The notes under the pieces: model-generated | What the model saw: only the letters and a program-made list of their open reading frames with translations | Told to the model about the DNA's origin: nothing | The model's database searches: none | Origin: a virus | Taxonomy: Duplodnaviria; Caudoviricetes | DNA length: 54,185 nt | Reading direction: 5' to 3' (one strand) | Virus record (IMG/VR): IMGVR_UViG_3300036794_000064 | Location: 1-54,185 of that record | Position numbers and translations under genes: made by a program | Shown: one piece after another, positions 30,862-39,044 of the stretch | Layout of the letters: every line of letters starts with the position of its first letter | Position numbering within the stretch: position 1 is the stretch's first letter

Positions 30862-32102
30862 CCGGGAAGCCGCTGAGCGGCAAGGGACGCCGGGGCCGCG
30901 GTGAGGGCACGCTCGAGCAGCGCGGCAAGGGCGTCTGGCGCATCCGGGTCTACGCCGGCACCGATCCAGTAACCGGCAATCCCCGACAGGTGTCCCGCAC
31001 CGTCCGGGCCCGCACCAAGACCGAGGCATTGGCGCTGATGCGCGACTTCCTCCAGGAGATTAAAGAGGGGAAGGTGCAGCTCCGCACGCAGGCCACCGTC
31101 GGGCATCTCTTCGACGCCCACCTCGAGCATCTGCGCCGGGTCGGTCGGGCCCCGGCCACGATCGAATCGTACGAGCGGGTGATCGACAAACGGCTGCGAC
31201 CCGCGTTCGGCCACATCGGGCTGCGGGACCTGACAGCGAAGGATCTCGACGACTACTACGGGGACCGCAAGGCGGCCGGGTCGAAGCCGGCGACGATCCG
31301 CCAGCACCACTCGATCATGTCCGGGGCGCTCACCCAGGCGGTCAAATGGGGTTGGCGGGACAAGAACCCGGCCGCGGCGGCCACGCCGCCGGAGAAACCG
31401 AAAGGCAAGAAGCGGATCCCGGTGGTGGAAGAGGTCCGCAAGCTGATCGACGCGGCCGGGGAGGTCCCCGAGCAGACGCCGCGGACGGATGTGGACTTGG
31501 CGGTCGCGGTGATGGTGACGGCGGTGATCCTGCTGGCGATCACCGGCTGCCGGCGCGGCGAGATGGTGGGGTTGCAGTGGGCGGATGTCAATTGGGCTGA
31601 CAGCACTCTGAGCGTGGTCCGTCAGCGGATCCCGCTCCGGGGTGGTGACGCTACGATCGAGAACACCAAGGGTGAGGGCGATGACCCGGATCCGCCGGTG
31701 GCGCTCGGCCCGCTCGGGTTGGCGGTGCTCCGGGAGTTCCGGGCTGTCGTGGCGGCGAAGGCGGCCGAGCTCGAGGTGCCGGTCGGCGTGTGGCTGCTGT
31801 CGAAGGATTGCGGCCGGTCGCCGCTGAACGCGAAGGGTTTCGGGTCGGCGATCACGGAGCTCGGCAGGAAGACCGGGGTGCCGGTGACGACGCACGCGTT
31901 CCGCCGGTTCGCTGCTACCCGGATGATCGCGGACGGGGTCGATGTCGTGACCGCGGCGGGGCGGTTGCGTCACACCCCGGAGATGCTGCTGCGGGTGTAC
32001 GCCGGGTTCGTGCCGGCGAAGGATGCCGCCGCCGCCCGGGGACTCGAGCAGCTGGTCCTCGGCCCAGCGTCGCCGTCGCAGGTCGAGGGTACGGTCGGCT
32101 GA
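30858..32102 (+). CDS. int: Tyrosine integrase
   Basis: Arm-binding N-terminus; TGCRRGE, NTKG, HAFRR, LRHT, VYA catalytic residues. Confidence 0.93.
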   Translation: MTGKPLSGKGRRGRGEGTLEQRGKGVWRIRVYAGTDPVTGNPRQVSRTVRARTKTEALALMRDFLQEIKEGKVQLRTQATVGHLFDAHLEHLRRVGRAPATIESYERVIDKRLRPAFGHIGLRDLTAKDLDDYYGDRKAAGSKPATIRQHHSIMSGALTQAVKWGWRDKNPAAAATPPEKPKGKKRIPVVEEVRKLIDAAGEVPEQTPRTDVDLAVAVMVTAVILLAITGCRRGEMVGLQWADVNWADSTLSVVRQRIPLRGGDATIENTKGEGDDPDPPVALGPLGLAVLREFRAVVAAKAAELEVPVGVWLLSKDCGRSPLNAKGFGSAITELGRKTGVPVTTHAFRRFAATRMIADGVDVVTAAGRLRHTPEMLLRVYAGFVPAKDAAAARGLEQLVLGPASPSQVEGTVG

Positions 32103-32362
32103 TGGTCCGGGTCCTGTTCGCTCTTCTGCTGGTGGTGGCGGTGGGGGTGGCGTTCCCGTGGGTGGCCGCGGTCGCGGGGCTGGTGGTGGTCGGGTTTATT
32201 CTGGCGGCATCGGTTCGGGGCCGGACGCGTAGACGCCCCCACCCGAAGGTGGGGGCGATGCGACCGTCGTTGGAGCGGCGGCTAGCGGTGCGGCGGGCGT
32301 GGCAGGAAGTGCACGGGATCGAGGCCGCGTCCGGCCTGCCGCCCACCCCGCCCGAGGCGTGA
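32102..32362 (+). CDS. Small membrane protein
   Basis: MVRVLFALLLVVAVGVAFPWVAAVAGLVVVGFILAAS; TGATG overlap with int. Confidence 0.65.
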   Translation: MVRVLFALLLVVAVGVAFPWVAAVAGLVVVGFILAASVRGRTRRRPHPKVGAMRPSLERRLAVRRAWQEVHGIEAASGLPPTPPEA

Positions 32363-33054
32363 CCGGGCGCCTACAGAACCGGCATTACGGAGCGGTCCGT
32401 CACGGGCGGTTTAGGCTCGTCTGGATGCGGGATCGACTCAGGTGGGCGGTGGCAGGGAACTCGGGGGCGAAGACACGCCTTCACAATCTCCGTGGCGAGT
32501 TCTGGGGTCACAGGGTCATTCGGGACATCCTCCCGGCCCTGCGCCGGAACGTGGGGGAATGGCCGGCGGAGCCGTGGGTGCCGCTGCCGGTCATCCGTTG
32601 GCTGGAGCGGCACCGCCGCCCGGATTGGCGTGTGCTGGAACTCGGGGGCGGGATGTCGACCGTGTGGTGGTCGACCCGTGCTGCCGAGGTGGTCACCTTG
32701 GAGGACAATGCGGAGTGGGCACAGCGTCTGGCCGATCGGCTCGGCGATAGCCCCACGGTCACTCTGCTGGTTCTGCCGCGAGAGGAATGGTGGGCGTGGC
32801 TCGCCGAAGAGCGCGCCTTCGATCTCGTCTATGTGGACGCCGCGGACGCCCCGCCCGACTTCACCCGCGTCAAGTTGCTTGAGGCTGCCCACCATCTGGT
32901 GGCGCCCGGCGGCTGGCTGGCTCTTGACGACTCGGACCGCCCTCGCTACGGGGGAGCCGACGCGGTGGTGGGGTGGCCGGCAACGCAGGTCGGAGGTCTC
33001 AAGGGGACGCCGTTCGCCGTCACCGAAACGACGTTCTACCATCGACCGGCTTAG
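32359..33054 (+). CDS. Class I SAM-dependent methyltransferase (glycan O-methyltransferase-like)
   Basis: VLELGGGMSTVWW, VTLEDNAEW, FDLVYVD, LVAPGGWLALDDS; no DPPY/NPPY or PC DNA-MTase motif. Confidence 0.82.
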   Translation: MTGRLQNRHYGAVRHGRFRLVWMRDRLRWAVAGNSGAKTRLHNLRGEFWGHRVIRDILPALRRNVGEWPAEPWVPLPVIRWLERHRRPDWRVLELGGGMSTVWWSTRAAEVVTLEDNAEWAQRLADRLGDSPTVTLLVLPREEWWAWLAEERAFDLVYVDAADAPPDFTRVKLLEAAHHLVAPGGWLALDDSDRPRYGGADAVVGWPATQVGGLKGTPFAVTETTFYHRPA

Positions 33055-33056
33055 GC

Positions 33057-35261
33057 TCATCGCTTCAGTCCGGCGAAGTTTTCGAGGGCGGCTATGGCGG
33101 CGTTCCACCCGTAGGCGAAGGCGAGGTTGAAGCATGAGCCGAGCGGATACGCGCCCGCCGAAGAGGTGGCGATGTGCTCGTGGAGGGTCCAGTCGACGCT
33201 CGTTTCGGCGGCTATCCGGTCCCGCCACATGGCGTCGAGGTCTTGGTTGACGTAGTTGTGCAGGCGTCCCGTAGCGAGGCAGAGAAAGTCGTGCAGGAGC
33301 CAGGAGCCGCCGTTCTGGTAGACGCCTCCCGGCGGGGACACGCTCTGGCCGGGATAGACGGCGTTGAAGTCGCTGGCCGGCAAGTAGCTGCCGTCCTGGT
33401 TCACGATGCAGGCGAAGGCCCGGCCAGCCGGCATCGTCTTGACGTTGGTGGAAAAGACTGTGTTCAGGTGGCTAGCGACCTGGGCATCGGTGAGCAGGCT
33501 TTCGCCTATGAGGTACTGCGACCAGAACTCCGGCTGGATGCTGAAGACATCCACAAAAGCGAGGGGGTCGGTGTAGCCCGACCGGTTGAAGAAGGTTCGC
33601 ACCCATCCGCCGACATAGAAGGACTGGTAGGCGGATTTGACGCCGTTCAGGACAGTCGATGTGACGGTGCCGCCGAGGTAGGTGGCGCAGCGGAGAGCGA
33701 CATAGCAGAGCCCGGTCATCTGGGCTGATGTGCGCTGGGTCGGCAGGCCGCTGCTGATGCTGTCGAACCAGCCCGAGCCGGGACTGTTGTCGCCGACGGG
33801 GTAGAAGGAGGCGTCGAGGTTGGCTTCGATGGCCCCGATCAGGTTGCTGATCTGGGTGCCGGTCAGGACCGCTTCCCCGAAGGTGGTGAGGTGCCAGTAC
33901 GCCCACATGAGCAGTAGGCAGGTTGCGTCGGTCCACCAGTATTGGTCGTAGGTGATCGCCCCGGTGGTCTGGTTGAGGGCGGCTCGGATGGGGGCGAGAT
34001 TCGATCCGTTGAGGTTGGCGGCGAACCGGGAGAGGAGCTGCTTGGAGATGTTGGCGTCCATCAGCCCCATCTGCGTCCAGAAGGAATCCCGCACGTAGCA
34101 GTTCGGGTAGTTCTGAGCCGGGATCAGGAACGCCCCGCTCGCGTCGGCGGCGGACGCCTTGCCGACCCTGGCGCGGGCGGTCGCGGTGAGCATCTGCGTG
34201 AACGGGTCGGAGGCGGTGGAACCGTGGACCAGGGCGGCGACGGCATGGCAACGGCGGCGGAGGGCTTCGATGGAGACTGAAGTCCACGTGGACGAGAAGA
34301 AGGCGTCGTAGATGGGGGCGGTGAAGTGGGTGAACCCGACAGTGGTCGGCACGCCCGCGGTCAAGGAGAGCGCCGAGACGCCTGCTATACCGAGGCCGGC
34401 GTAGAGGCCGAGCTTGCCGGAACCTCCGTAGATGAACCCGTTGGTGGCCGGGGCGTAGCCCCACGATCCGCCGACCCCCGTGTCGGGCATCAGGCAGAAG
34501 GCTTGGACGTTCGACCTGGCCGTGCTTCCAGCCGCGGTGGACGGTGCGGCGACGCCGACCATCGGGAACCCGGTGATGGTGATCGGTGTGTTGAGCACCG
34601 GCGTGTCGTAGCCGAGGTGGCGCCAGATCGGACCGCTGGGAGCGCTATAGCCCTGGAACAGCTGCACGGTCGTGTTCGCCGAGGCGATGAGCACGATGCG
34701 CTTCCGCCATACCCCCGTGGCCAGCTTCGTGAGAGAGACGGACACGGTGACGGTGGTCCCTGAGCCGACCGTGGCCGTGGCCGTCCATCCGTCGTTCCCG
34801 TTCGGGGTGATGGATGAATAGACGATGTTCTCGAACCAGGTCGAGCCGATCATCAGGGAGAAGTCGCTAGTCGGGGCGGCTCCGTGGGCTTCCCCGTCCT
34901 GCACCCAGGACAGATCGCCGACCTGCGGCTGAAAGACGAAGCCTCCCGCGACGGCCACGGGCGCCATCACGAACGGTATCCCTGGGGCGTCCTGCGGGAT
35001 CGGCGGCTTGAGCGGCGCGCCAGCGAAGGCACCGTTGCCGAGCGACTGCGGAACCTGGCCGGCGACCGTCCCAGAACTTGTCACAAAAGCGCCAGGACGA
35101 AAACGGTACGCGAGCGAGTTCCACGCGGTGACACCGTCGCCGAGCTTGTCCGCTCCGGTGTCAGTTTCAACGCCGAGCTCCCGCAACGCGAGGACCGGAT
35201 TCGCGGCCGTCCACTGCGCTGCAGTGCCGCCGCGGGGTTTGATCGTGTCGATCGCTGGCAT
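33057..35261 (-). CDS. Tail spike/fibre: Mtd_N-like anchor plus six-hairpin glycoside-hydrolase-like domain
   Basis: RGGTAAQWTAANPVLALRELGVETDTG..KLGDGVTAWNSLAY; YPNCYVRDSFW; YQNGGSW; lower GC. Confidence 0.75.
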   Translation of the reverse strand: MPAIDTIKPRGGTAAQWTAANPVLALRELGVETDTGADKLGDGVTAWNSLAYRFRPGAFVTSSGTVAGQVPQSLGNGAFAGAPLKPPIPQDAPGIPFVMAPVAVAGGFVFQPQVGDLSWVQDGEAHGAAPTSDFSLMIGSTWFENIVYSSITPNGNDGWTATATVGSGTTVTVSVSLTKLATGVWRKRIVLIASANTTVQLFQGYSAPSGPIWRHLGYDTPVLNTPITITGFPMVGVAAPSTAAGSTARSNVQAFCLMPDTGVGGSWGYAPATNGFIYGGSGKLGLYAGLGIAGVSALSLTAGVPTTVGFTHFTAPIYDAFFSSTWTSVSIEALRRRCHAVAALVHGSTASDPFTQMLTATARARVGKASAADASGAFLIPAQNYPNCYVRDSFWTQMGLMDANISKQLLSRFAANLNGSNLAPIRAALNQTTGAITYDQYWWTDATCLLLMWAYWHLTTFGEAVLTGTQISNLIGAIEANLDASFYPVGDNSPGSGWFDSISSGLPTQRTSAQMTGLCYVALRCATYLGGTVTSTVLNGVKSAYQSFYVGGWVRTFFNRSGYTDPLAFVDVFSIQPEFWSQYLIGESLLTDAQVASHLNTVFSTNVKTMPAGRAFACIVNQDGSYLPASDFNAVYPGQSVSPPGGVYQNGGSWLLHDFLCLATGRLHNYVNQDLDAMWRDRIAAETSVDWTLHEHIATSSAGAYPLGSCFNLAFAYGWNAAIAALENFAGLKR

Positions 35262-35605
35262 CAGGGGGTTCCTCCATCGAGTACCTGCGGGGCCGGGCTC
35301 TTACCGAACAGGGGGGTTTCCCACGGGCCGACCGTGACCGTCACCCCGGCGGCGAGCGTGACTGGCAGCGTCGCTATCACCGCGCCGTCCTGAGTGACGG
35401 TGAGCGTGTATGTGCCGGGGGTGGCGACGTAGAACGGCCGCCAATATTGGGTGCCGGCGTACGCTGATATCACGGCGTGATCGGTCGGCGAACCGAGGGC
35501 GGCGTCGTCGTACAAGGCGACTGGGGCGGCGGTGCCGTCGGCCAAGGCGACCACGATCGACTGGCCGTCTTCCGCTCCGACGGAAAGGCCGCACGCGGCG
35601 CTCAT
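35261..35605 (-). CDS. Small virion/tail-associated protein ending DGGTP
   Basis: Beta-rich (PGTYTLTVTQDG), coupled to the spike gene. Confidence 0.6.
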   Translation of the reverse strand: MSAACGLSVGAEDGQSIVVALADGTAAPVALYDDAALGSPTDHAVISAYAGTQYWRPFYVATPGTYTLTVTQDGAVIATLPVTLAAGVTVTVGPWETPLFGKSPAPQVLDGGTP

Positions 35606-35883
35606 GGTGTGCCTCCGTCGATGACCGAGAGTCCGCCGCCGGACAGGGCGTAGCGGGAGTCGGCGACCTGCTGGGTGATGAGCGCGTTCGGTTCCCACGG
35701 CACCGGCGCCGACACCGCACCCACGTTGAGTCCCACCCCGGCCGTCGCGGCCGCGGCCTGCACAGCGGCGAGCAGCGTGTTGTCAACCCAGGTGCCCTCC
35801 GCGTACAGGATCTGCGGGGCGCCGGCCACTTGCGGGTAGAACCGCAGGACCGGGGCGACAGGGGACACGAGCGTGGACGGCAT
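35602..35883 (-). CDS. Small virion/tail-associated protein ending DGGTP
   Basis: ...ADSRYALSGGGLSVIDGGTP; overlaps both neighbours. Confidence 0.6.
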   Translation of the reverse strand: MPSTLVSPVAPVLRFYPQVAGAPQILYAEGTWVDNTLLAAVQAAAATAGVGLNVGAVSAPVPWEPNALITQQVADSRYALSGGGLSVIDGGTP

Positions 35884-36188
35884 CAGCCGACCGGAGGCGC
35901 AGCCGGCGCCTCAACTGCTATGGGTGGCGGGGCCGCTGGAGGGTGCGGGACCGGGACTCCGGCTTTGACGAGCCGGTAGGTGGCGATCAGATTCCCGAGC
36001 AGCCCGTCCGTTCTGCCGGCCGGGACCGCCTGACGGTACACGGCCTCCGCTGCGGCGACACCCGCCGCGATGAGAGCGGCGCGCGTCAGGTTCGTGGTCC
36101 CGGACGCGATGGCGCCGGCGATGAGCTGCGCCACGAACGTGTACGCGCCGAGGCGGACCAGCCGCCACAGTTGGGTGATCGTTTTCAT
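35883..36188 (-). CDS. Putative holin
   Basis: Two hydrophobic segments (RLGAYTFVAQLIAGAIA; AALIAAGVAAA) in the lysis region. Confidence 0.55.
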   Translation of the reverse strand: MKTITQLWRLVRLGAYTFVAQLIAGAIASGTTNLTRAALIAAGVAAAEAVYRQAVPAGRTDGLLGNLIATYRLVKAGVPVPHPPAAPPPIAVEAPAAPPVG

Positions 36189-36760
36189 GCGGCTCCTTTG
36201 AGCGCCAACAGCGCAAGATCAGACGGAAACGTGGTGTACGGCGACCGGGTCGGGATGATCACCCCGGCGTGTTCCCAGCAGCGGGCCCCGAACGCCGAGC
36301 AGATCATCGTGCCGTCGACCGAGACGTCCAAGCGGAGCGGGGTGAGCAGCTGTACGACGATGGAGGCGATGGCCAGCCACCCGTACCGGTCCTTGTCGGC
36401 GAGTTCTCGGCGGGCGAAAGCGACGAGCCGGGCCCGGTCGACGTCGGTCGCGTCGGCTCGGACGGCGGCGAGTGGCAGCGGCCGGTATTTGTCGGGCCCG
36501 TAGTGGTCGAGCGAGTCGAGAGTGAGGCCGTCGGCGAGCGCTTCGATCACCTGGTTGTCGCCGACGTACACGGCAATGTGGTTCCCCCACGACAGGTCCA
36601 TGGGGTCTTCGGGGATCCGGGCGTGCACGACCGTGGAGACAGCCCGGGCGATCGTGGACCGCCAGCCGTGATGGTGGATTCGTTCCCCGAACCGGATGAG
36701 CGCGCCGACGACCCCGGCGGAGCGGGTCCATAGGAGGTCGCCGGGCTGCAGTTCGGTCAT
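36185..36760 (-). CDS. Permuted papain-like NlpC/P60 (YiiX/YebB-like) amidase
   Basis: LQPGDLL, NHIAVYVG...IEA (His before Cys), RYG, MICSAF, FPSDL; RBS AGGAGG. Confidence 0.8.
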   Translation of the reverse strand: MTELQPGDLLWTRSAGVVGALIRFGERIHHHGWRSTIARAVSTVVHARIPEDPMDLSWGNHIAVYVGDNQVIEALADGLTLDSLDHYGPDKYRPLPLAAVRADATDVDRARLVAFARRELADKDRYGWLAIASIVVQLLTPLRLDVSVDGTMICSAFGARCWEHAGVIIPTRSPYTTFPSDLALLALKGAA

Positions 36761-36851
36761 CGGATCCTCCTGGTGATGCACATGCTGGCGGCGTGCCACC
36801 ACAACCCGAGGAGCGCTGCGAGGGGCCGGGAGCCGTCCCGCTGCCGGTGGG

Positions 36852-37142
36852 TCACTGGTTGGCCTCGGCGTGCGCGTCGGCAATATGCTCTGCGGTCACC
36901 TGGGCGGGGACGGTGGGGTAATGTTTCTTGCACGTCTTGTACGGGGTGCCTTCCACCGGATGCTTCCCGGGACGCCAACAGAACTTCGGGTGATCGACGT
37001 GGCAGGTGTGCTCCCGGTACCAGTGCACCCCGCCGCCGACCGCGGCGAACATGGTCAGATCGGGAATCCACCCGGACGTCGGCCCGTAGAAACGGCCGTG
37101 GTCGGCCCACAACCAGCGAAAATGGATCGCCAGCCAGCCCAT
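36852..37142 (-). CDS. Small membrane protein with Cys/His-rich C-terminus
   Basis: MGWLAIHFRWLW...CHV...CWR..KH...CKKH. Confidence 0.6.
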   Translation of the reverse strand: MGWLAIHFRWLWADHGRFYGPTSGWIPDLTMFAAVGGGVHWYREHTCHVDHPKFCWRPGKHPVEGTPYKTCKKHYPTVPAQVTAEHIADAHAEANQ

Positions 37143-37474
37143 TAGTGGAGCACGGCGACGAGGACCAGGGCGCCGGTCAGGAGGGCCATCGTGAGCCCGA
37201 GCGCCACGTTCCAACGGCGCTGACTGGACACCGCTGCCGTCTCGGCGTGCTCGCGGCCGGTCTCGCGCGACACTTCCATCGTCCGCCGCCAGTCCTCCAC
37301 CTTCCCGAGCCGTTCCCCGTAGTGGGCCAGGTCGGACTGGATCGACGCCACATCAGCCTTGTCGGCCTTGTTGTCGAGCTTCACTTCCATCCGGGCGAAC
37401 CCTGCCGTCTGGTCCGCTTTGATCTGCTGGAGCAGCTCGGAGACGGTGAAACTGATGGTCGGCTCGTCGGCCAT
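37142..37474 (-). CDS. Coiled-coil protein with C-terminal TM helix (lysis accessory)
   Basis: MEVKLDNKADKADV...WNVALGLTMALLTGALVLVAVLH. Confidence 0.7.
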   Translation of the reverse strand: MADEPTISFTVSELLQQIKADQTAGFARMEVKLDNKADKADVASIQSDLAHYGERLGKVEDWRRTMEVSRETGREHAETAAVSSQRRWNVALGLTMALLTGALVLVAVLH

Positions 37475-38328
37475 CAGCAGCACTCTGCTCGGCCGGTGTA
37501 AAAGTGGTCGGGGATGGCGCCGGTGATCCGTAGACGCTGCCCGGCGGGACCGCCGACGGTCGGGACGCATTGGACACCACCGGGGTTGACGGCGGTGACG
37601 TCGCCGTCGTGATGCCCGTTGTTGTCGGTCGGGTCGAGCACGTCGGCGAATCCGCCGTGGAGGCGGGTGCAGCCGGCGGGGATTTTGATGGGCACGTAGG
37701 CGGTGCCGTCGTTGCCGGTGGTGCAGGAGAACGGGACGATCATTTTCGGTGGTTGTCCTTTCAGCGGGTAGGCGGGGCCTACAACGACGGGCGGCGCCGG
37801 AGGCGGCGCGGGCGGTGGCGCGGTGTCCCACAGGGATTCGCCGGCGGTGATGATGGACAGGTCGTAGGCGCCGAAGAACCCCCACTGGGTGGCGACACTG
37901 CGGGGGTCGAGGTGGGGGTGCTGGTCGGGTTCGGACACGAAGTAGCCGTCGAGGGGGGGGTTGGCGAACAGGAACCCGGACGACCCGTACGGCCAGACCA
38001 GATAGCCGGCGGCGTGGAGCAACTGCCCGAACCTGGTGACCCACGCCGGGTAGACCGCGGTCTCGAGGTCGAGGATGACCACGACACCCTTCGGGACGCC
38101 GTACCGGGTGAGGAGGGCGATGAAGGCGTCGGCGTCGGATTCGGGGGTGACGGCCCACGGGTTGGACCGAACCCAGCACGGCACCCGGTAGCGGGCGGAC
38201 GATGACGCCGGGGTGACCGGGTTGGGGGTGTCGCCGCCCAGGTAGATCAGTTCGGCGGCGGTGGCCGGCTCGAACCCGTTCGGGTAGGCGGCGTCACGCA
38301 TCGTGACCGCTTGCAGAGTGAGCGCCAT
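37474..38328 (-). CDS. Endolysin, GH25/DUF1906-like TIM-barrel muramidase
   Basis: IYLGG, DADAFI..L..YGVPKG..VILDLE, VWPYGS, ATQW...YDLSII; Pro linker; first gene after the tail genes; RBS AGGAGG. Confidence 0.75.
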   Translation of the reverse strand: MALTLQAVTMRDAAYPNGFEPATAAELIYLGGDTPNPVTPASSSARYRVPCWVRSNPWAVTPESDADAFIALLTRYGVPKGVVVILDLETAVYPAWVTRFGQLLHAAGYLVWPYGSSGFLFANPPLDGYFVSEPDQHPHLDPRSVATQWGFFGAYDLSIITAGESLWDTAPPPAPPPAPPVVVGPAYPLKGQPPKMIVPFSCTTGNDGTAYVPIKIPAGCTRLHGGFADVLDPTDNNGHHDGDVTAVNPGGVQCVPTVGGPAGQRLRITGAIPDHFYTGRAECC

Positions 38329-38369
38329 GGCGCCTCCTGAGGATTGGGTGATTCGGAGGGAATCAGCGG

Positions 38370-39044
38370 CTACGGATGCAGGTACGAGAAGAGGGCATAG
38401 GCGCTAACACCGCTGGTGCCTCCGGCGACGCCAGCTACGTTCTCGCTATGGTCGATCTGCAAGGTGTCCGCTGCGGCGCATTGGATCTCGTCATAGACGC
38501 TGCTCAGGACGATGGCGCCGGCCGCTTGGGCCACCGGAAAGCTTCCGGCGGTGGTCTCGGTCGCCCCGTGGAAGATGGAAGCCTGCTCCCGTTGGCCGGC
38601 AGCAGTCGGCGAGAACCAAACCTGCGCGTATACCCTGTAGAGGCCCGGGACTGGGCACGTGAACTGCCCGGTGCCGGTGTTGTAGGAACCGGATGGGTCG
38701 GTGTCTATGGTGTCGTACCCGAAGATCCCCGAACCGTTGACTGTTGTCCATGCCCCAGAGCGATGAACTCGGGCCCGGAAGGTGGCTTGCGGGGTTCCGT
38801 AGGCGCCGATGACGTAGGTTTTGTGGCCGACGACGAGCGCGTCGACGACGGTGCCGGCCGGGAGACTGGCGACGTGGCCGTAGTTGAAGGCGGTGACGTT
38901 CGTGGCCCCGCCGTCGAGCGTGACGACGGACTGGCCGATGGTGGAGGAGATGACGACGCCGCGGGCGTGGCGTATCGGAGTGCCGGGCTTCGACGCGCCG
39001 GCGACGGCCCGGGCCAACTGTCGGTGGGGATGGACGACGGTCAT
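38370..39044 (-). CDS. Minor tail / receptor-binding protein with C1q-like domain
   Basis: YDTIDTDPSGSYNTGTGQFTCPVPGLYRVYAQV. Confidence 0.72.
   Translation of the reverse strand: MTVVHPHRQLARAVAGASKPGTPIRHARGVVISSTIGQSVVTLDGGATNVTAFNYGHVASLPAGTVVDALVVGHKTYVIGAYGTPQATFRARVHRSGAWTTVNGSGIFGYDTIDTDPSGSYNTGTGQFTCPVPGLYRVYAQVWFSPTAAGQREQASIFHGATETTAGSFPVAQAAGAIVLSSVYDEIQCAAADTLQIDHSENVAGVAGGTSGVSAYALFSYLHP

Noticed and set aside
32359-33054. DNA methyltransferase / restriction-modification system
   Set aside because: Lacks DPPY/NPPY or PC catalytic motifs and has no adjacent restriction nuclease
33057-35261. Diversity-generating retroelement suggested by the Mtd_N-like domain
   Set aside because: No reverse transcriptase and no template/variable repeat pair seen
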